DNA from: Podarcis tiliguerta
Taxonomy: Eukaryota
Assembly: GCA_965153285.1 (NCBI GenBank)
Contig: OZ229112.1
DNA: 64,000 nt
Direction: 5' to 3' (one strand)
The notes beneath the pieces are model-generated. The model was not told the origin of the DNA, searched no databases, and saw only the letters and a list, made by a program, of their open reading frames with translations. A program made the translations under genes and the position numbers. How positions within the stretch are numbered: the first letter of the stretch is position 1; each line of letters begins with the position of its first letter. Below, piece after piece: positions 25,141 to 38,455 of this stretch.

Positions 25141-28100
25141 ATGACTATGGCATGGTTCCCAAGGGGCCTACTGGGGCCTTAACTCTTGGTGTGCTGTTGT
25201 GCAATGTGCCAGGCACCAGAGATGGTAGAGAGAGAACTACCTTCTTCTTCCCTCTCCCTGTGGCTACTTGGCTCTGCCAGAAATGGGATTTAAAGGAAAT
25301 AGGCTGGGCAGGAAGGGAAATCAAAGGCATCTGTACTGTGTTGACCTCCCCACAACCTTGCCCCTCTGTTCCTCCCACACAGTAAACAGTAGCAACTCAG
25401 CCATTAGGAGGGCAGGTCAGAACCACTGCTTCACCACCACACCGTTGCTACAACTGGAGAGGAATATATAAAATGGACCTGGGAAAGTGATATGAGTTAA
25501 TACTTATTCGGTAACTGAAGCAAGTATCATGAGCCCAGATTTTAATTGCCAGGTCTGGGAGCTCAGGAACACCTCTGCCATTCCCCTTGGAAAATGTCTT
25601 TAGATTTCCTACAATACCACATAAAGAGACATTTTTATATTTAATATGCAGACAACCAAGGCCCAGAAAACAATGTTCTGCCCTAGGTACAGGAAGATGA
25701 GCATTTTATTTTTTATTTTTTGTAGTCATGCAGGGACTTAATGAGTCTTCTGATGCATTAATGGATTCCAGTAACAGTCCCCAATTTCCAGGAAGCACTC
25801 ATAAGTTCAATGAGTCATTAGCACAAAATAAAATCAGGTTATTTATGAGCCATATATAACCACAAGCCTGAATGTCGCAGTCAGAAGCTGAATTTGTATC
25901 TTGCATCCCAGTCCTGAGGCAGCAGTTCCCATGAACCAGTGTAAGGTCTCCCAGCACCAGCATGAGAGGATAGCTTGTCAGTTCAGACAACCACTGGGAA
26001 CCAAACAAGGTCATCATAATATGGCAGCACATTTCAGTCCTCCTGGCAAACCTACTTCTTTCAGGGCTTACCCTAGCTGTTCTGTGATTGGGTCAGTAAA
26101 AACAATGAGCTGGTGATTCACATATTTGCCTCACTATGAGCTCTGGCTGCATCATAGCACAGAGAAGTGGGCACACCACTATTAATACTGCACCATCGTT
26201 CCCTTCTTCTTTAAAGAGGAATCGTGAAAACTGGGCCTGTGCACAGACAGCTATTGTCATACTCTAAGAAGCCCCCTTTTTGATGGAGACTTCAACAACC
26301 AGGTGTCCCCTGGGAGGACAATAGCCTTACTTAATGGCATTTAGCTCAAAAGCACAGAAAATATGTTAGTGCAAGTCAAAAGCTGCTCCCACACTTCAAA
26401 AAAGCAAGTGAATATAAACTTTTTAAAAAATTACCATGTCCCTGTTAATTGTTTGATTTAATGTTTGATATTGAAAATAGGAAACATCCAACTGTAGCAC
26501 TGGTACTTGTCCTGGTATACAGCATCCTAAATATTTATAAATGGATTGTGACCCTGAAAATAAAGGTATGCTAGTGTCTGGGCTCTAAATATGTGACGAT
26601 CTATTCAACTAAGAGAGAGACTTTTGGCATTGACTTTTTAAAATACATGTACTCTGATGGGAATGTACTGTTTATTTCACCCAAGGTTTCTTTTTAAAAT
26701 ATGCAAAGTAGATATGGGGAAAGAGCCATTTGTCTGAGTGATTCTTTATTATTATTACAAAGTATCTATTGAGATGTCTGGCCTGCCGATGAGAAACATT
26801 TCAATCTATTTGTTCCTGCAGAGCCAATAACATGCTTTCAAAAAGCTACAGTAACATCATGGTTTGTGGTGTTGCACGAGAACGTTTCTTGGCACGCTAC
26901 AGTGTAAGGATATTTTTTGGGGGGGTGCATCATATATTAGAGGAAGCTCATATGCCCTTCTTGCCCACTATTATTGCTTTAGAAAAACAGTTTGATTTCA
27001 CAATAATTAACTTACTATATAACCTTTAGAACGAACTCTGAAGTATTTCTAAAGTTTTTGAAAATGTTCATATGAAGGATGAAGATTTGTCCCCAAGTAT
27101 GTTTCTGATGTGTTTAGAAGACCTATGTAACCTAACTCAAGGTCTCATTCATCAATGTATGAAAGGTGGAAAGCTTGATGAGGTGGTCAGTCTGTCCACT
27201 CCAGACAGGAGTTATTTCAAAACAATCCACTGGGAATGGCGCAGTAGTTGAATGATAACAGGGATTTTGCATATTCTGTTACCAAGAGCACAGACTAGTA
27301 TTATATAAACCAGCTGAAGGGGAATGGACAATTAGGCTTATGCGAGTATAAAACATCAGCATATGTTCCTAGATGATAGTCAGACATTTCCATCCCACCA
27401 TCTGTATAGCAGTACTCCTTTGGAATACTAAGAACAGCTGATGGGGAACTGTACTGACCAGTTGTCAACATTTTCTTGAGGATGAAAGAGTGACATCACC
27501 ACTGCTGTCCCTGACAATTGCTTTGTAGAAAACCTGTTCATCATGCCTTCCGACAGTACCTAATTGGGGTGGTCCAAATGACAAATAGTTGCAACTAGTG
27601 ATGATGGTTTGGAAGAGAGGAAGGTCCCTCTCCAAGGCTGGCAAGAGTAAACCAGTAAGCACCTCTCGCTTTGCTTTTTAGAACCCTGGTAGATAAGACT
27701 GCATTTCCTATCCATGTTCATTATTTATTTAAAATATGTATAGATTGCTGTATCATAAACATATATTACAGCGGGTTACAACCATATGGAAACATAAAAC
27801 CAAACAGAAACACCATAAAAACTTAAAAACAAGCTAAAAGCTAAAAGAAATTAAAAATGTTGTGAAATGAAAATCTCTGCTGGTTCCAGAGAACGCTTTG
27901 GAGTAATCTTGAAGAAGGAAGTTTACTGCATCGAGCAATTTCTAGCTCAAGAGGAATTTTTTCAGTTGGTACTTTAGGAGTTCCAGTGTTACATTACAGC
28001 ACTCCACTGTAAGATAAAATCCCCCAGGACTTGTTCATTGACCCAGCACAGCAAGTGGTCACAAATAGGTTCTAGCCTTTCCAGCCTGACAGATTTCTAG

Positions 28101-28777
28101 CACGGCATTGTTCCTTTTATTGTATGCACAAACAGTGATAAATAATCTCCTTCACGTATAGATTGCCCATTTGCTTTGAGGAAGCAAAACCACACTAGGA
28201 GGGTGAAATTCACAAGGTTTGCTACAGGGCATCTGCTGTATTGCCCCCATTGTCCCTCAGATTAAAATACTTTTGAGGCAGTTATGCTTGAAACCTCAGA
28301 ACCATCTGTTGGGAAGAAGATGTACTTCAGCCAAAGCACTTCTGTAAAGCACAAGGTGCAAAATTGCTAGGAAACATCTAACTGGCTCCTAGCAGCAGTA
28401 GGATGAGCTCACAAGTATGCTTGCTTATGAAACATATATCACTGAGCTAGCCAAGAGCTACTTTTGTCTCTTAAACAAGAACAGAGCAGCAGCAGGAAAC
28501 TCCTGACTCCAGCCAGATAAACCCAATACTGCCCAGTGACTATAGAGGGTACAAGCTGGCTATGGGGTTCCCTCCACCACTTCCCCCTTATTATTGTGGT
28601 GCTTATGTGCTCAATATATTCATAGTGAAGGGTTAAAAAGTCCAGTTCTGAAACTCTTGAATCTGTAACAGTTGCGAAATATTGTCCAAATGCAGTTTTT
28701 TCTTATTAACTGTGCTCTGTGACATAAAAGGTGATCTGGCCATATCTAGCAAGTCTTAAAAGGTGAATGCTTCAATG

Positions 28778-28910
28778 AAAGGCCCCAGATTCAATCTCTA
28801 GCACCTCCTGGTTAGGAATGGGAAAAGATCCTGTCTGAAGCCCTGGAGAACCCCAGCCAGTTGCTGCAAACACTGGTCCAACTTGGTATGGAGAGGCTTC
28901 CTTTCTTCCT
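28778..28910 (+). mobile_element. Degraded tRNA-derived squamate SINE (related remnant at about 63690-63778)
   Basis: ggccccagattcaatctctagcacctcc...cctgtctgaagccctggaga...ggcttcct, recalled as a common lizard short-SINE body. Confidence 0.55.
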
Positions 28911-31599
28911 AATTCCGAAGCTAAATTTTGCCAGCATATCTTTTAAATGCTGAATCTCAGTCTCAGAACCCATGAAGGGGGATGCTAATGCAATCACACT
29001 GATAATGCATACATTAAGCAAGGATAAATGCTGGCTCAGATGCTGTTTCTCCTGTTATACAACGATTATCCATGCCAGGGGAATGAAACATAGTCCCTTC
29101 AGTCCCTTTGGTCTATCCGCTGTCCCAACCGGACCCATATGCAAAGCAGTTTTGGTCCAATAAGACAAAGTTGTCATACTCACAGGCTCTTCCCAAAAGA
29201 AAAGAAAACTGATAGAAGTTTTCATTAAAAAATAACCAATCTTCCCTCTTCTATTCTGCAAGCAGCAACTACAAAATACCATAATCAAGACTGTATATTC
29301 TTGGCCAACGCATGTTGCAGTGCTCTTTAACCTGAGAATTATTTATGGAACTGAAAGTACATAGCAAAATGATTTACTCTCTTCCCAAATACAGTTGTTA
29401 CCAAATATATTAAAGCAGCTGGACATTTCTCAGATCTATACCGTATATGCTCCTGGGTATCCGTATCTACTTTCTTGGTATATTTCCCCCCTCCCCCCTG
29501 CTTTTCTACCCCAGCTGATCTCAGCTACTTGTGGAGATATTGTCATATGTCTCATTCTACTTTTAGGAATGATTGGCAAATGGACATGGATTGGAATGAA
29601 CATCTAAATAGCTGTGAAGCTATTACCTTACTTTCAATGGGGTATATTGACACAATGCTTTATAAACCTACATGCCACTATTTTACTCCTCAGACAAACT
29701 TTCATAAGCATGCAGTCACCAATGTCCCCTGCCCCACTGTAAAATTATTTCAGCTCAATGGGTCTGCGACTTAGCTGGATACATCCCAAAGACTTCCCTT
29801 TTCTCAGGACCATGCAGATATGTATGTTGTTTTGCCTTTCCCGCTTCCTGTTTTAGCTCTATGTACTTTCCAAGGCTCACATTCCATAGTGCCCAGCACA
29901 GTCATTCAAAAACTGCAATGTGTGCATGGGCCTGAAAAGGTTGGTGACTCCTGCTCTAGCCCACATTGATGACTTTCTGGAAGTCTCCACATTGCTTGCA
30001 TTGCTTGTGTTTCTGTGGTTACAAAGCAAATCCTGTTAGAGACTATACTGCATTCAGTAGCATCTGGCAGGGCAGGGGCATGGTTGCAGCTACTTACCAG
30101 GCTTCTCAATGCTGGAGTCACTGTTGGTTACTTGGTTAGCTGTGGTGTTATCACACAACAGTAGAGTCAACCCTATGCTCCTTCTACTGTGCCCACACTG
30201 TGACAGCCTTTGCTGTCTTGCTGCTCCCCTCTCAGTAGCTGACAGCAAAGCTGGCATTGGGAAGGTAGGTAAGCAGTTCAGCCCCTCTGCCGTTCTTCAT
30301 GAGCTGCTAGTGACTTCAACACAATGCCTATGAGAAAATGGCAATTGTCTAATAAAAACCCCCAGCCAAAAACCCAAAACAAATTGGGAGGCAGGAGAGG
30401 GCTTCTGCTGTCTGCCAATGATGAAGGTAATTTAAATCTTCCAGGGTGTGGGGTGGGGGGACAGCAATTAAAAATGACTAGTACAGCTTGGGAGAAGGCC
30501 AGCAGCAGTGACAGGGTGAAAGATGAAGGTAGCAAAAAACAGGTTGTGTCTTGTGACTTTAGGCTCAGACCTATGTCTGGGAAGAACGAAGCAAGTAACT
30601 TTGAATTATGAAGCTATAATTTTATTTTGGTATTCTGGATGTAGCATAAATCAAGTGTGCTGAATTCTCATCATTTATTTTATCACCTGAACCCCTAGAT
30701 AGAAATGCAGTTCCATAAATCAGTTACCTGCTGTTTATTTTGCACCATATTTATATTACTAGGGAGCGTTTGTTCACGTCTTCTTGTGACTTATATTAAG
30801 TCACATTTGAACTCCATGCCTCTGAAGATGAAAAGCTTGAAGCAATAACCTACAGTTCTGCCAAGCCTATCAAAGTGTAGGGGTTTTTTTTTTTCCTGAA
30901 AGGGGGAAGTTTATTAATGTAGGAGGCAATGCAAATGCACTTTCAAAGACATGCGAACACACCACCTCCATTAAAATCAGTAGGAGATATTTGGCGACAT
31001 TCCATGTAGCACTCTGAAATTTGGGGGAGAAGGCCTTTAGCCATTATCTGCAATGAAATTTAGTTTGAAACCTTAATGCGAGATGGAAAATAGCATTTGG
31101 GACATTGCATTTGCATAGCCCACTTCTACTGCAGGTGTCTAATTGGTAGCGATACAGGTTTCATTAGAATACACAGCAGGCTGTGAAACTATCTAAAATG
31201 CCATAGAAGATAAATGCATTTTGTTATCACCAAAGGTAATGGTATGCTTTGGGAACTTCAGCTGTAACATGTTGCAGAGAACCCAACCTTCTTCATGAAT
31301 TTCCCCAGCTATGGGAACACAGCAAAAGACAGAAAGAAACGAGGCAGGGGAAAGTTACAGCAATATAAAGTAACATAATAGGTAAACTATGGTGGCTTGT
31401 TTTTAGTGATGAAATCAATGTACATGTACATACTGACACATAAAAATAACACAAGGGAGAGAAAGAGAGATTGTTAATTATTAACTTTAGATTTCATTTC
31501 TTTGTTTTCCTGACCAGAATATCAAGGATTCACTCCGTCTTGGTAACAAAACCTGTTTCAAAGGACAATAGGGTTGCAGATATTTTGCCTCCCACAATG

Positions 31600-31830
31600 T
31601 GATTTCTCCTGCAATAGACAAGATGACATCGATGGATGCCCATCAGGTGCTCTCTAGGTATTTTATGTATCTGCTGGCAGACATTTCCATTTGTCAGAAA
31701 CAACCTCTTTCCATACCGCAAGGGAGTTCACTTACATTTCCAATCAACCAGTGTGCCTGATGCTTTGCAGGAACTGTCCAGTCATTTACAAAGGTGAGAC
31801 AAGGAGACTTTTCAATGATATTTCAGAAAA
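31600..31830 (+). mobile_element. Possible decayed Penelope GIY-YIG endonuclease fragment
   Basis: EFTYISNQPVCLMLCRNCPVIYKGETRRL resembles the FTC.S.NVIY.I.C..C...YIGET.R.L pattern. Confidence 0.3.
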
Positions 31831-32562
31831 GGGAATGAAGAAACTGACAAAGACCCAATTTGAGCCAATTCGTTTCCAAATACTGTGATTGCTTGGCTCC
31901 ATCTTGTGTTTCTGAATATTTGATACAGAGTGGGGAATCATCTAAACCCAAACATTTAATCAATTATGGTGAACTATCAGTTTAGAATTATAAAACAAAT
32001 TTCTGCAGTACAAACCTTTCCTTCTCTCACTCATAAACACAGTCTTCTTGCCTACTGAATAGAGCCATTCAGCACATTTCCATTTTGTTTGGAGAATAGG
32101 ACTTCGTATAAAGAGTTGACCAGGCATGGGTTATTTGTTGCCATAGTATTTAACGGTCAGAGATGTCATTTGACAGCTATAACACATTATGGGTGAAGTG
32201 CCTCAATGAGGCTGAGGCTGCTAAAAGTTGTGACCCCCCCATTTTTTTTAAAAAAATGAAGAACACCATCCAGCCCTGTGATTTGTTAGTTGTAAGATTG
32301 GAATCCTCAGACAAGGAGGATTGCAAAACGTGTTCAGAGCAGTTCTTTTTGTTAAGTAGATAGTCTTGCACATTTTCTTTTTATGGGGAAATGGGTCTTA
32401 GCAGAACTAAAGAGACGACCAATGTAAGGCAATTTGTTGTCATAGTAGCTAATGCTTAGAAAGTTGTTTGGAAGCAGGAAACTTAGCAAAATATAAACTA
32501 TGGACACTTCCATACAATATATTTTATTGAGCCTTGTTCTTGATTTGTCTGTGGGGAAATTA

Positions 32563-33094
32563 CCGTATTTTTCGCTCTATAGGACGCACTCGACCATAGG
32601 ATGCACCTTGTTTTAGAGGGGGAGAACAAAAAATAATAATTCTCCCCCTCTCTGCTCAGCGCCCCTTCAGCAAAGCAGCACAAGAAACGGAGCCCCTTGC
32701 ATTTCTCCTCCCACTTCTCGGAAGGGGCGCTGCGCAGCTCTCCCTCTCTGCTGAAGCCAGGAGAGTCTTGCTCTCCCGGCTTCAGCGAAAGGAACCCGAA
32801 GCCTTTGGAGCGCAGGCGAGGTCCCGCTGCGCTCCAAAGGCTTCAGGCAGCTATCCCTGAAGCCTGGAGAGCAAGAGGGGTCGGTGCGCAAAGACCCCTC
32901 TCGCTATCCAGGCTTCAGGGAAAGCAACGTGAAGCCTCTGGAGCATGGAGGGAGCGCTCCCTCTGCGCTTCGGAGGCTTCGTGTTGCTATCGCTGAAGCC
33001 AAGGAGCCTGCATTCGCTCCATAGGACGCACACACATTTCCCCTTAATTTTTTTTTTGGGGGGGGAAGTGCGTCCTATAGAGCGAAAAATACGG
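32563..33094. mobile_element. Tc1/mariner superfamily (Tc2/pogo-like) MITE with multi-hairpin interior
   Basis: Perfect 28-bp TIR CCGTATTTTTCGCTCTATAGGACGCACT, TA on both sides, CpG-rich (young). Confidence 0.93.
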
Positions 33095-33661
33095 TACATG
33101 ATGCTGGCTCTTTAATAAGCCCTCATTCCGATTTGTTTGCAGGGAGGCTAGATGATGTTTCATCAAAGCAAGTGTTATGTCATACTTTCCAGTGTGTTTT
33201 CTGCCATTGCAAAAAAATTCCAACAGGGTGTGTGTGTGTTGTTGTTGTTGTGCAAGAGCTCCCAATCACCTACCACTGCACAACCAGAATTTCCCAGCAT
33301 GTGACTGAATCCTATCCCAATATAGTGACAGTCTGGAAGTCTTTTTTTGCAGAATGAAAAATGACAAAGCATATGAGATGAATGGGAAATAGTTCCAGGG
33401 TAGAGCTCAGGGTATTACCGCATCCGAAATTTGTGCATAGATTAGGGTTGCTATACATCTGGAATTTGCTGGACATAACCAGAATACTGTTGTCACAAGT
33501 AGTATCTGGGTGGAAATCGGCCAAATTTCTGGGAAAATCCGGACGTATAGCAAGCCATTTTTTGAGGTTTTGCTTAAAAAGTTCAAGAACTTTGGGCAAA
33601 ACTAAAACTAGGGCCCAGAAACCCGTAGCCATGCTGGTTAAACACAAGTTCTCTTGTGACT

Positions 33662-33765
33662 TTGCAGAGCTATAACCGTGTTAGTCTGCTGCAGCAGTAG
33701 CAACAGGGTCTTTTGTCACCTTAGCATAAGCTCTCATGGACTAAGGTTCACTTCATCAGATGTAA
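33662..33765 (-). mobile_element. Penelope-like element terminal-repeat relic with a degenerate hammerhead ribozyme
   Basis: ccgtgttagtctg...caccttag...cataagctctcatggactaaggttcacttcatcagatg; minus strand CTGATGA-AGTGAAC-CTTA-GTCCAT-GAGA-GCTTATGC. Confidence 0.65.
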
Positions 33766-35029
33766 CCTTGAGACTCAATTACAATCTTCAGTGTTTGAAG
33801 GCTGATTGGCATCTGCAGCAGCAGCAGCAGACCATAGGAGATTAGTCCTATGGTAGGGAGCATTTAAAACAGAATACTGTAAAGTCTTGCTCTTTATGGC
33901 CTTCCAATATAAGATGCCGTTTTTGATCTACAAACTTGTGAATGTCTTGGGCTCTACATTATTTGATGTCTTGGTGGCAATTTAAAACAGATTCCTTATT
34001 CACCTGGTAGCTCATGGAGGATCTTGGGGAAGAAGAGGCCACTGAAATGTATAACAGCAGCTTACATTTATCCTATCCTCTTTCTTCATCATATGAGAAG
34101 AGCAGTAACAAGTAGAAGTAAAGTAGAAGTAAGATCAGTGAAAAAAATGCACACACATCTGAAAATGCACAATTAGCATGCTTGGAATTGAAAAGGCAAA
34201 GGATGCAAATATCCATGCTGTATAAAATGTCAAGTTCAACACCTTGCTGTGAATCAGATTGCTGAAAGTAGTGGGCCTTTTAGTGCTAAGAAAATCCTTA
34301 AAGGCATAAAGAACAGCATAATTGAAAGCTGTATAATATTTATTAAAATCAAGCTCTTAACATTTGTGATGAAATGCATATCTGACGTTTTATACCACTC
34401 CTTTTATCAATTAAATGCGAGGGAAAATGTCACAAAGCAGAAATGTCTGCTGTGCTAAAGGTCTCAGATCAAAGATTAAGATTCAATATTCTTTATACTC
34501 AAAGAGATCAAAACAAATTTTAATGAAAAGACAAATAAGTCTTATTAATATATGCATTCTTCCCCTCTGCTTGTTTTCCCCTTCTCAAGTCCAATAAGCT
34601 CTACTTTCTAGTAAACAGAAAGCCAATTTTCCAGTCTACAGTCATTTCCCAGCTACACCAGTTAGCTGTTAAAAGCAACAGTACATTGTGCTTCAGACCT
34701 CTAGATATATAACTCTGGAGAAAAAGCCTGGGATGTTGGCCCTGAATCTGAATTAAGGTAGGGTTGCAGGCATTCAGCTCCTCAGGACTAGAGGAAGGTG
34801 CCCATGGTGCTGTAGGGTCTGCTTTAGTGGGCTCCAGCCTCAGATTCAGGGGGCTCCTGGTCACTAACAGAACTGTCTCTGAGCTTCTAACTCAGTGTCC
34901 TGATCACTGCTGGACTCTGTGCTCATGTCACCCACTGCTTCAGTGCTCTCTCCAGTTTCTTGCTGGACAAGTGTTGTACAAATGTAAAAACAAACACACA
35001 GATTCATTGAAATTATGAGCCTAACTTGG

Positions 35030-35142
35030 TCATAGAATCATAGAATTGTAGAGCTGGAAGGGACCCTGAGGATCATCTAGTCCAGCTCTCTGCAATGCAG
35101 GAATATACAGCTGTCCCATACGGGGAGTGAACCTACAACCTC
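35030..35142 (-). mobile_element. Short SINE-like element with CR1-type (ATTCTATG)n 3' tail
   Basis: catagaatcatagaattgtagagctggaagggaccc...atctagtcca (CR1 3' end reversed) plus box B-like GGTTCACTCC on minus near 35123-35132. Confidence 0.7.
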
Positions 35143-35884
35143 GTCTTCCTGTCCATTAATGTCCATGGGTGCATTGAGTATAACTAAAACACTAAAACTT
35201 TCATTTCTATTTTTCTTGTCTCACGAATCTGCCACATTCATTGAGTTGTCCCATGGAAACAAAAACAATTGATCAGAACTCAGCTTCCCTTCAAGGCAAT
35301 TATAATTTTACACTAAAGGTTGCCACAAAGGCCAATGACACCTTCAATAGTCTGTCCTTTCATTTGTGCTAAGGATAGCTTTACAAACATAATTATTACG
35401 ATGAAACAACCTTGCTTCCAGAGTCCTAGGTTACTGGAGATGATTGGGTTTGCATATGTAAATGCAATTATTTCCTATATGAGTAGAAATATGGCCACAA
35501 ACCAGAACCTAGTGTACATGCGCAGAGCATTTTATTTATAACTCTACTATAGTGCTGTATTTCTAAAAATATCAGCAATATTCAAACAAGCAATAATAGT
35601 CCAAGGGTTTTATAGGACAAGGGCATCTATACTATGAAGAGCGAGCTGCCAGTCAAGTGCACTGCCCTGCAACTGATTCTGTTAGTCTAGCTAGAAATTT
35701 TCACTTATTTAATGCCCTTTGTGTATCATTCAAAAAAATAAGAGCCTGGTTTCTAAATACTCAGGGGATGTTTTTAGGTATGCAGAAATGCAAGTTTGTA
35801 AATTAAAAGAAAAATAACATGAAAAATCCCAAAGCCACAAGGTCCAAGACTATGAATTTCAAAGGCTGAGAGCATACAGATGCT

Positions 35885-36575
35885 ATTATTATTTATTCAG
35901 TTGTTAGACTGCCCTTTGTCCAAAGATCCCAGGATGGCATACACCATTAAGAACATATTTTACACAGCATAATAAAAAAACCCCACAGTACACAGCATAA
36001 TAACACACAGGATAATAAAAAAATAAAAATCATAATTTAACAGGCCATATATTATTTAATGACAAAAGGCCTGGATAAAGAGGAATGTTTTCGCCTGGTG
36101 CCTGAAGACACGTAATGATGGTACGAGGCGAGCCTCTCTAGGAAGAGCATTCCACAGATGAGGAGCCACCACAGAAAAGGCCTGCTCTCATGCTGGTACC
36201 CTCTGAACCCCTCTGGGATGGGAGACAGAGAAAAGGGCTTTGGGTGACAAGCACAGGATCTGGGCTAGTTGGTATGAAGAGAGGCAGTCCTTAAGGTATT
36301 GAGGCCCTGAGCCCTGTAAGGCTTTTTGGTCAGCACCAGCACTTTGAATTGGGAGCCAGTGCAGTCAGGCCAGGATCAGCATGATATTCTCAAATTGTCT
36401 TGTACAGGTGAGCAGTCTGGCTGCAAAATTTTGCAGCACTTACTGAACTGTCTTCAGATGCGGCCCCACATATAATGCATTGCACTGATCCAACGTTTGT
36501 TACCAGAACGTAGGTGACAAACGTTAGGCTATCCCTGTCCAGATAGAGGTGTAGCTGGGCCACCAGCCCAAATTG
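35885..36575 (-). mobile_element. L2 LINE 3' fragment, decayed
   Basis: Reverse of AFSVVAPHLWNALP (36140-36180) and QFKVL (36338-36350); terminal motif and tail near 35885-35945. Confidence 0.8.
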
Positions 36576-37959
36576 ACAGTAAAACAATACTACACACACA
36601 CACACATGAATAAAATAAATACACAATTTAAAATCTACATTAATATTCATTGCATTGGCTATGCTTTCTCCCATCTACAACCATAAATCCACAGACACAT
36701 GGTGGATATCTGATTGAAGCTCACAGCCCACTGGCGGTCAATGGACCTAAGTTTGGGAACTCCTGGTCTAGACACAAAAAGACATATGAACATCAACACC
36801 AATATTACCATGGCAGTGGTTTTCAAACCTGCCTTCAGAGAAATCTTTCCGTACTGACTTGTATCATTGATTTAGGTGTTTATGCAGCATCACCTACACA
36901 CATAACACTTTACAAACTATTCTATGGGGCATATTCATTTCAGTGAGGCTACTGTTCAGGCCTAGCTGTCATTCCAAGTCTAGAATGTGGCCAGCTCTCT
37001 GCAGTTGTACATCTGACAGGAAAGGCTGGGTGGTGGTCCACTAACTGTCTTTCACTTAAATGTGTCAACCACTACTGATATTGTTCAGGAATCCCAGGGC
37101 TCCTTTGGAAACCAGTCTTATAAAAACTCCTTTGATTTCTGATACATTTTTCAAATACCATGAGAATGTGCTGCATTTTAAATGAATTGCACACTCTGGT
37201 ATGCTTGGACACCATAAATGTGAAAAGCTTTGCCCAAAGGTACATGTCTTTTATTTTTTAATGTGAGCCAATAGCTGATAGAAGCACGTTATCTTAAGAG
37301 GGTGAAGCGCTACCTCTCGCTGAATCCAGTTGCATAAATATTTTAAGAACATCATAAAAGTTTTGCTAGCATGCTTCTGTGCATGATGGCTTAAGCTGCT
37401 AAGCACATACGTATAATTTGTATTTGAGCTATGGGAAAGAATTTATGTGCCCAATGGGGAGCCTAGCATAGGGGAGATTCAGCAGGATAAGTAAATGATA
37501 ATTATTTAACAAGTAACCAACTCAGTGCTCCAGCTAATTTTGAACTCCCTTGTTTAAGTCCCTCAAGGGCATGCTTTGGCATTCAGTCTTAAGAAGCATT
37601 AGTAGAGCCTCTTATTATTTCTGTCGGCAAGCATGTCCTGTCCAGAGTCACTTAGATAATCAATGTCAATTTATACTAGAGAGAAGTTGCACAAGTGTGA
37701 GAAGCTGTTAGGAAGGCTGCTTTCAGAGAACAAAATTACACTTAATTCAAAGCAAGGTATATAAGCAACCTCTTTATGTACTAAAGCACTGGTGTTTTCC
37801 CCCAAGAAAGAAAGAAATTAAAGATAGTATTTACAGGTTGCTAGAATGCTTTAGTAAGGTGGCACTTATGTGCAGGAGAGAAATATAGTAGAAATAATGA
37901 TGCCTTAATTTTAGAAATATTTAAATCAGATTTCTTTTGTTAGATGGTAAGGCACAATT

Positions 37960-38148
37960 TGCCTGGAGAGCTTGTAGCCAGGGCCGCTGCAACAAACAGC
38001 TGTGCAAGCCTCTGGGAGGCAGATAGGCGAGAGGGCACCAGAGGAAGGCAGGAAGGAAAGAGGGACAGAGGCCAGTGTTGCCTGCGGCATTCCTGACCAT
38101 CATTCAAGGTACTCCAGGGTGCCACGCCACACTGGTTGAAAACCACTG
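37960..38148. mobile_element. hAT element right-end fragment
   Basis: Ends GGTTGAAAACCACTG, a hAT-type TIR. Confidence 0.45.
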
Positions 38149-38323
38149 CCCTAAAACAATAGGCCCGTTAACAGTTTAAAACATTGGGTGGATTCAGATT
38201 TAGTTCTGTTTAGAGCAGATCCAGTGAAATCAATCAGACTTAAAAGTTTGTTAAAAGCTTGAGAGAGCAGAGAAATGAAAAAAAGTCGGAATTCTAACAT
38301 GACTGAAAGCCAGGCAAAATAAA

Positions 38324-38455
38324 TGGAAGTCACCCAAAGAAATATAATTTGGCATGAATTTGGCTTTTTTGATTGTATTATAATGTGGAATGTTTTAATG
38401 TGGTTTTCATTGGATTGTTAAATTGGAAAACTTAATAAATATTATTTTAAAAAAA
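38324..38455 (+). mobile_element. L1-type short retroposed 3' end
   Basis: AATAAA plus A-rich tail; perfect 19-bp TSD GAAAGCCAGGCAAAATAAA at 38305-38323 and 38456-38474. Confidence 0.8.

Noticed and set aside
26822-26903. Plus-strand exon-like segment (cctgcag ... gtaagg)
   Set aside because: Weak donor context, unrecognised peptide and no partner exons
32667-33099. GC/CpG-rich block with several ORFs, as a CpG-island promoter or exon
   Set aside because: Lies entirely within a TIR-bounded MITE
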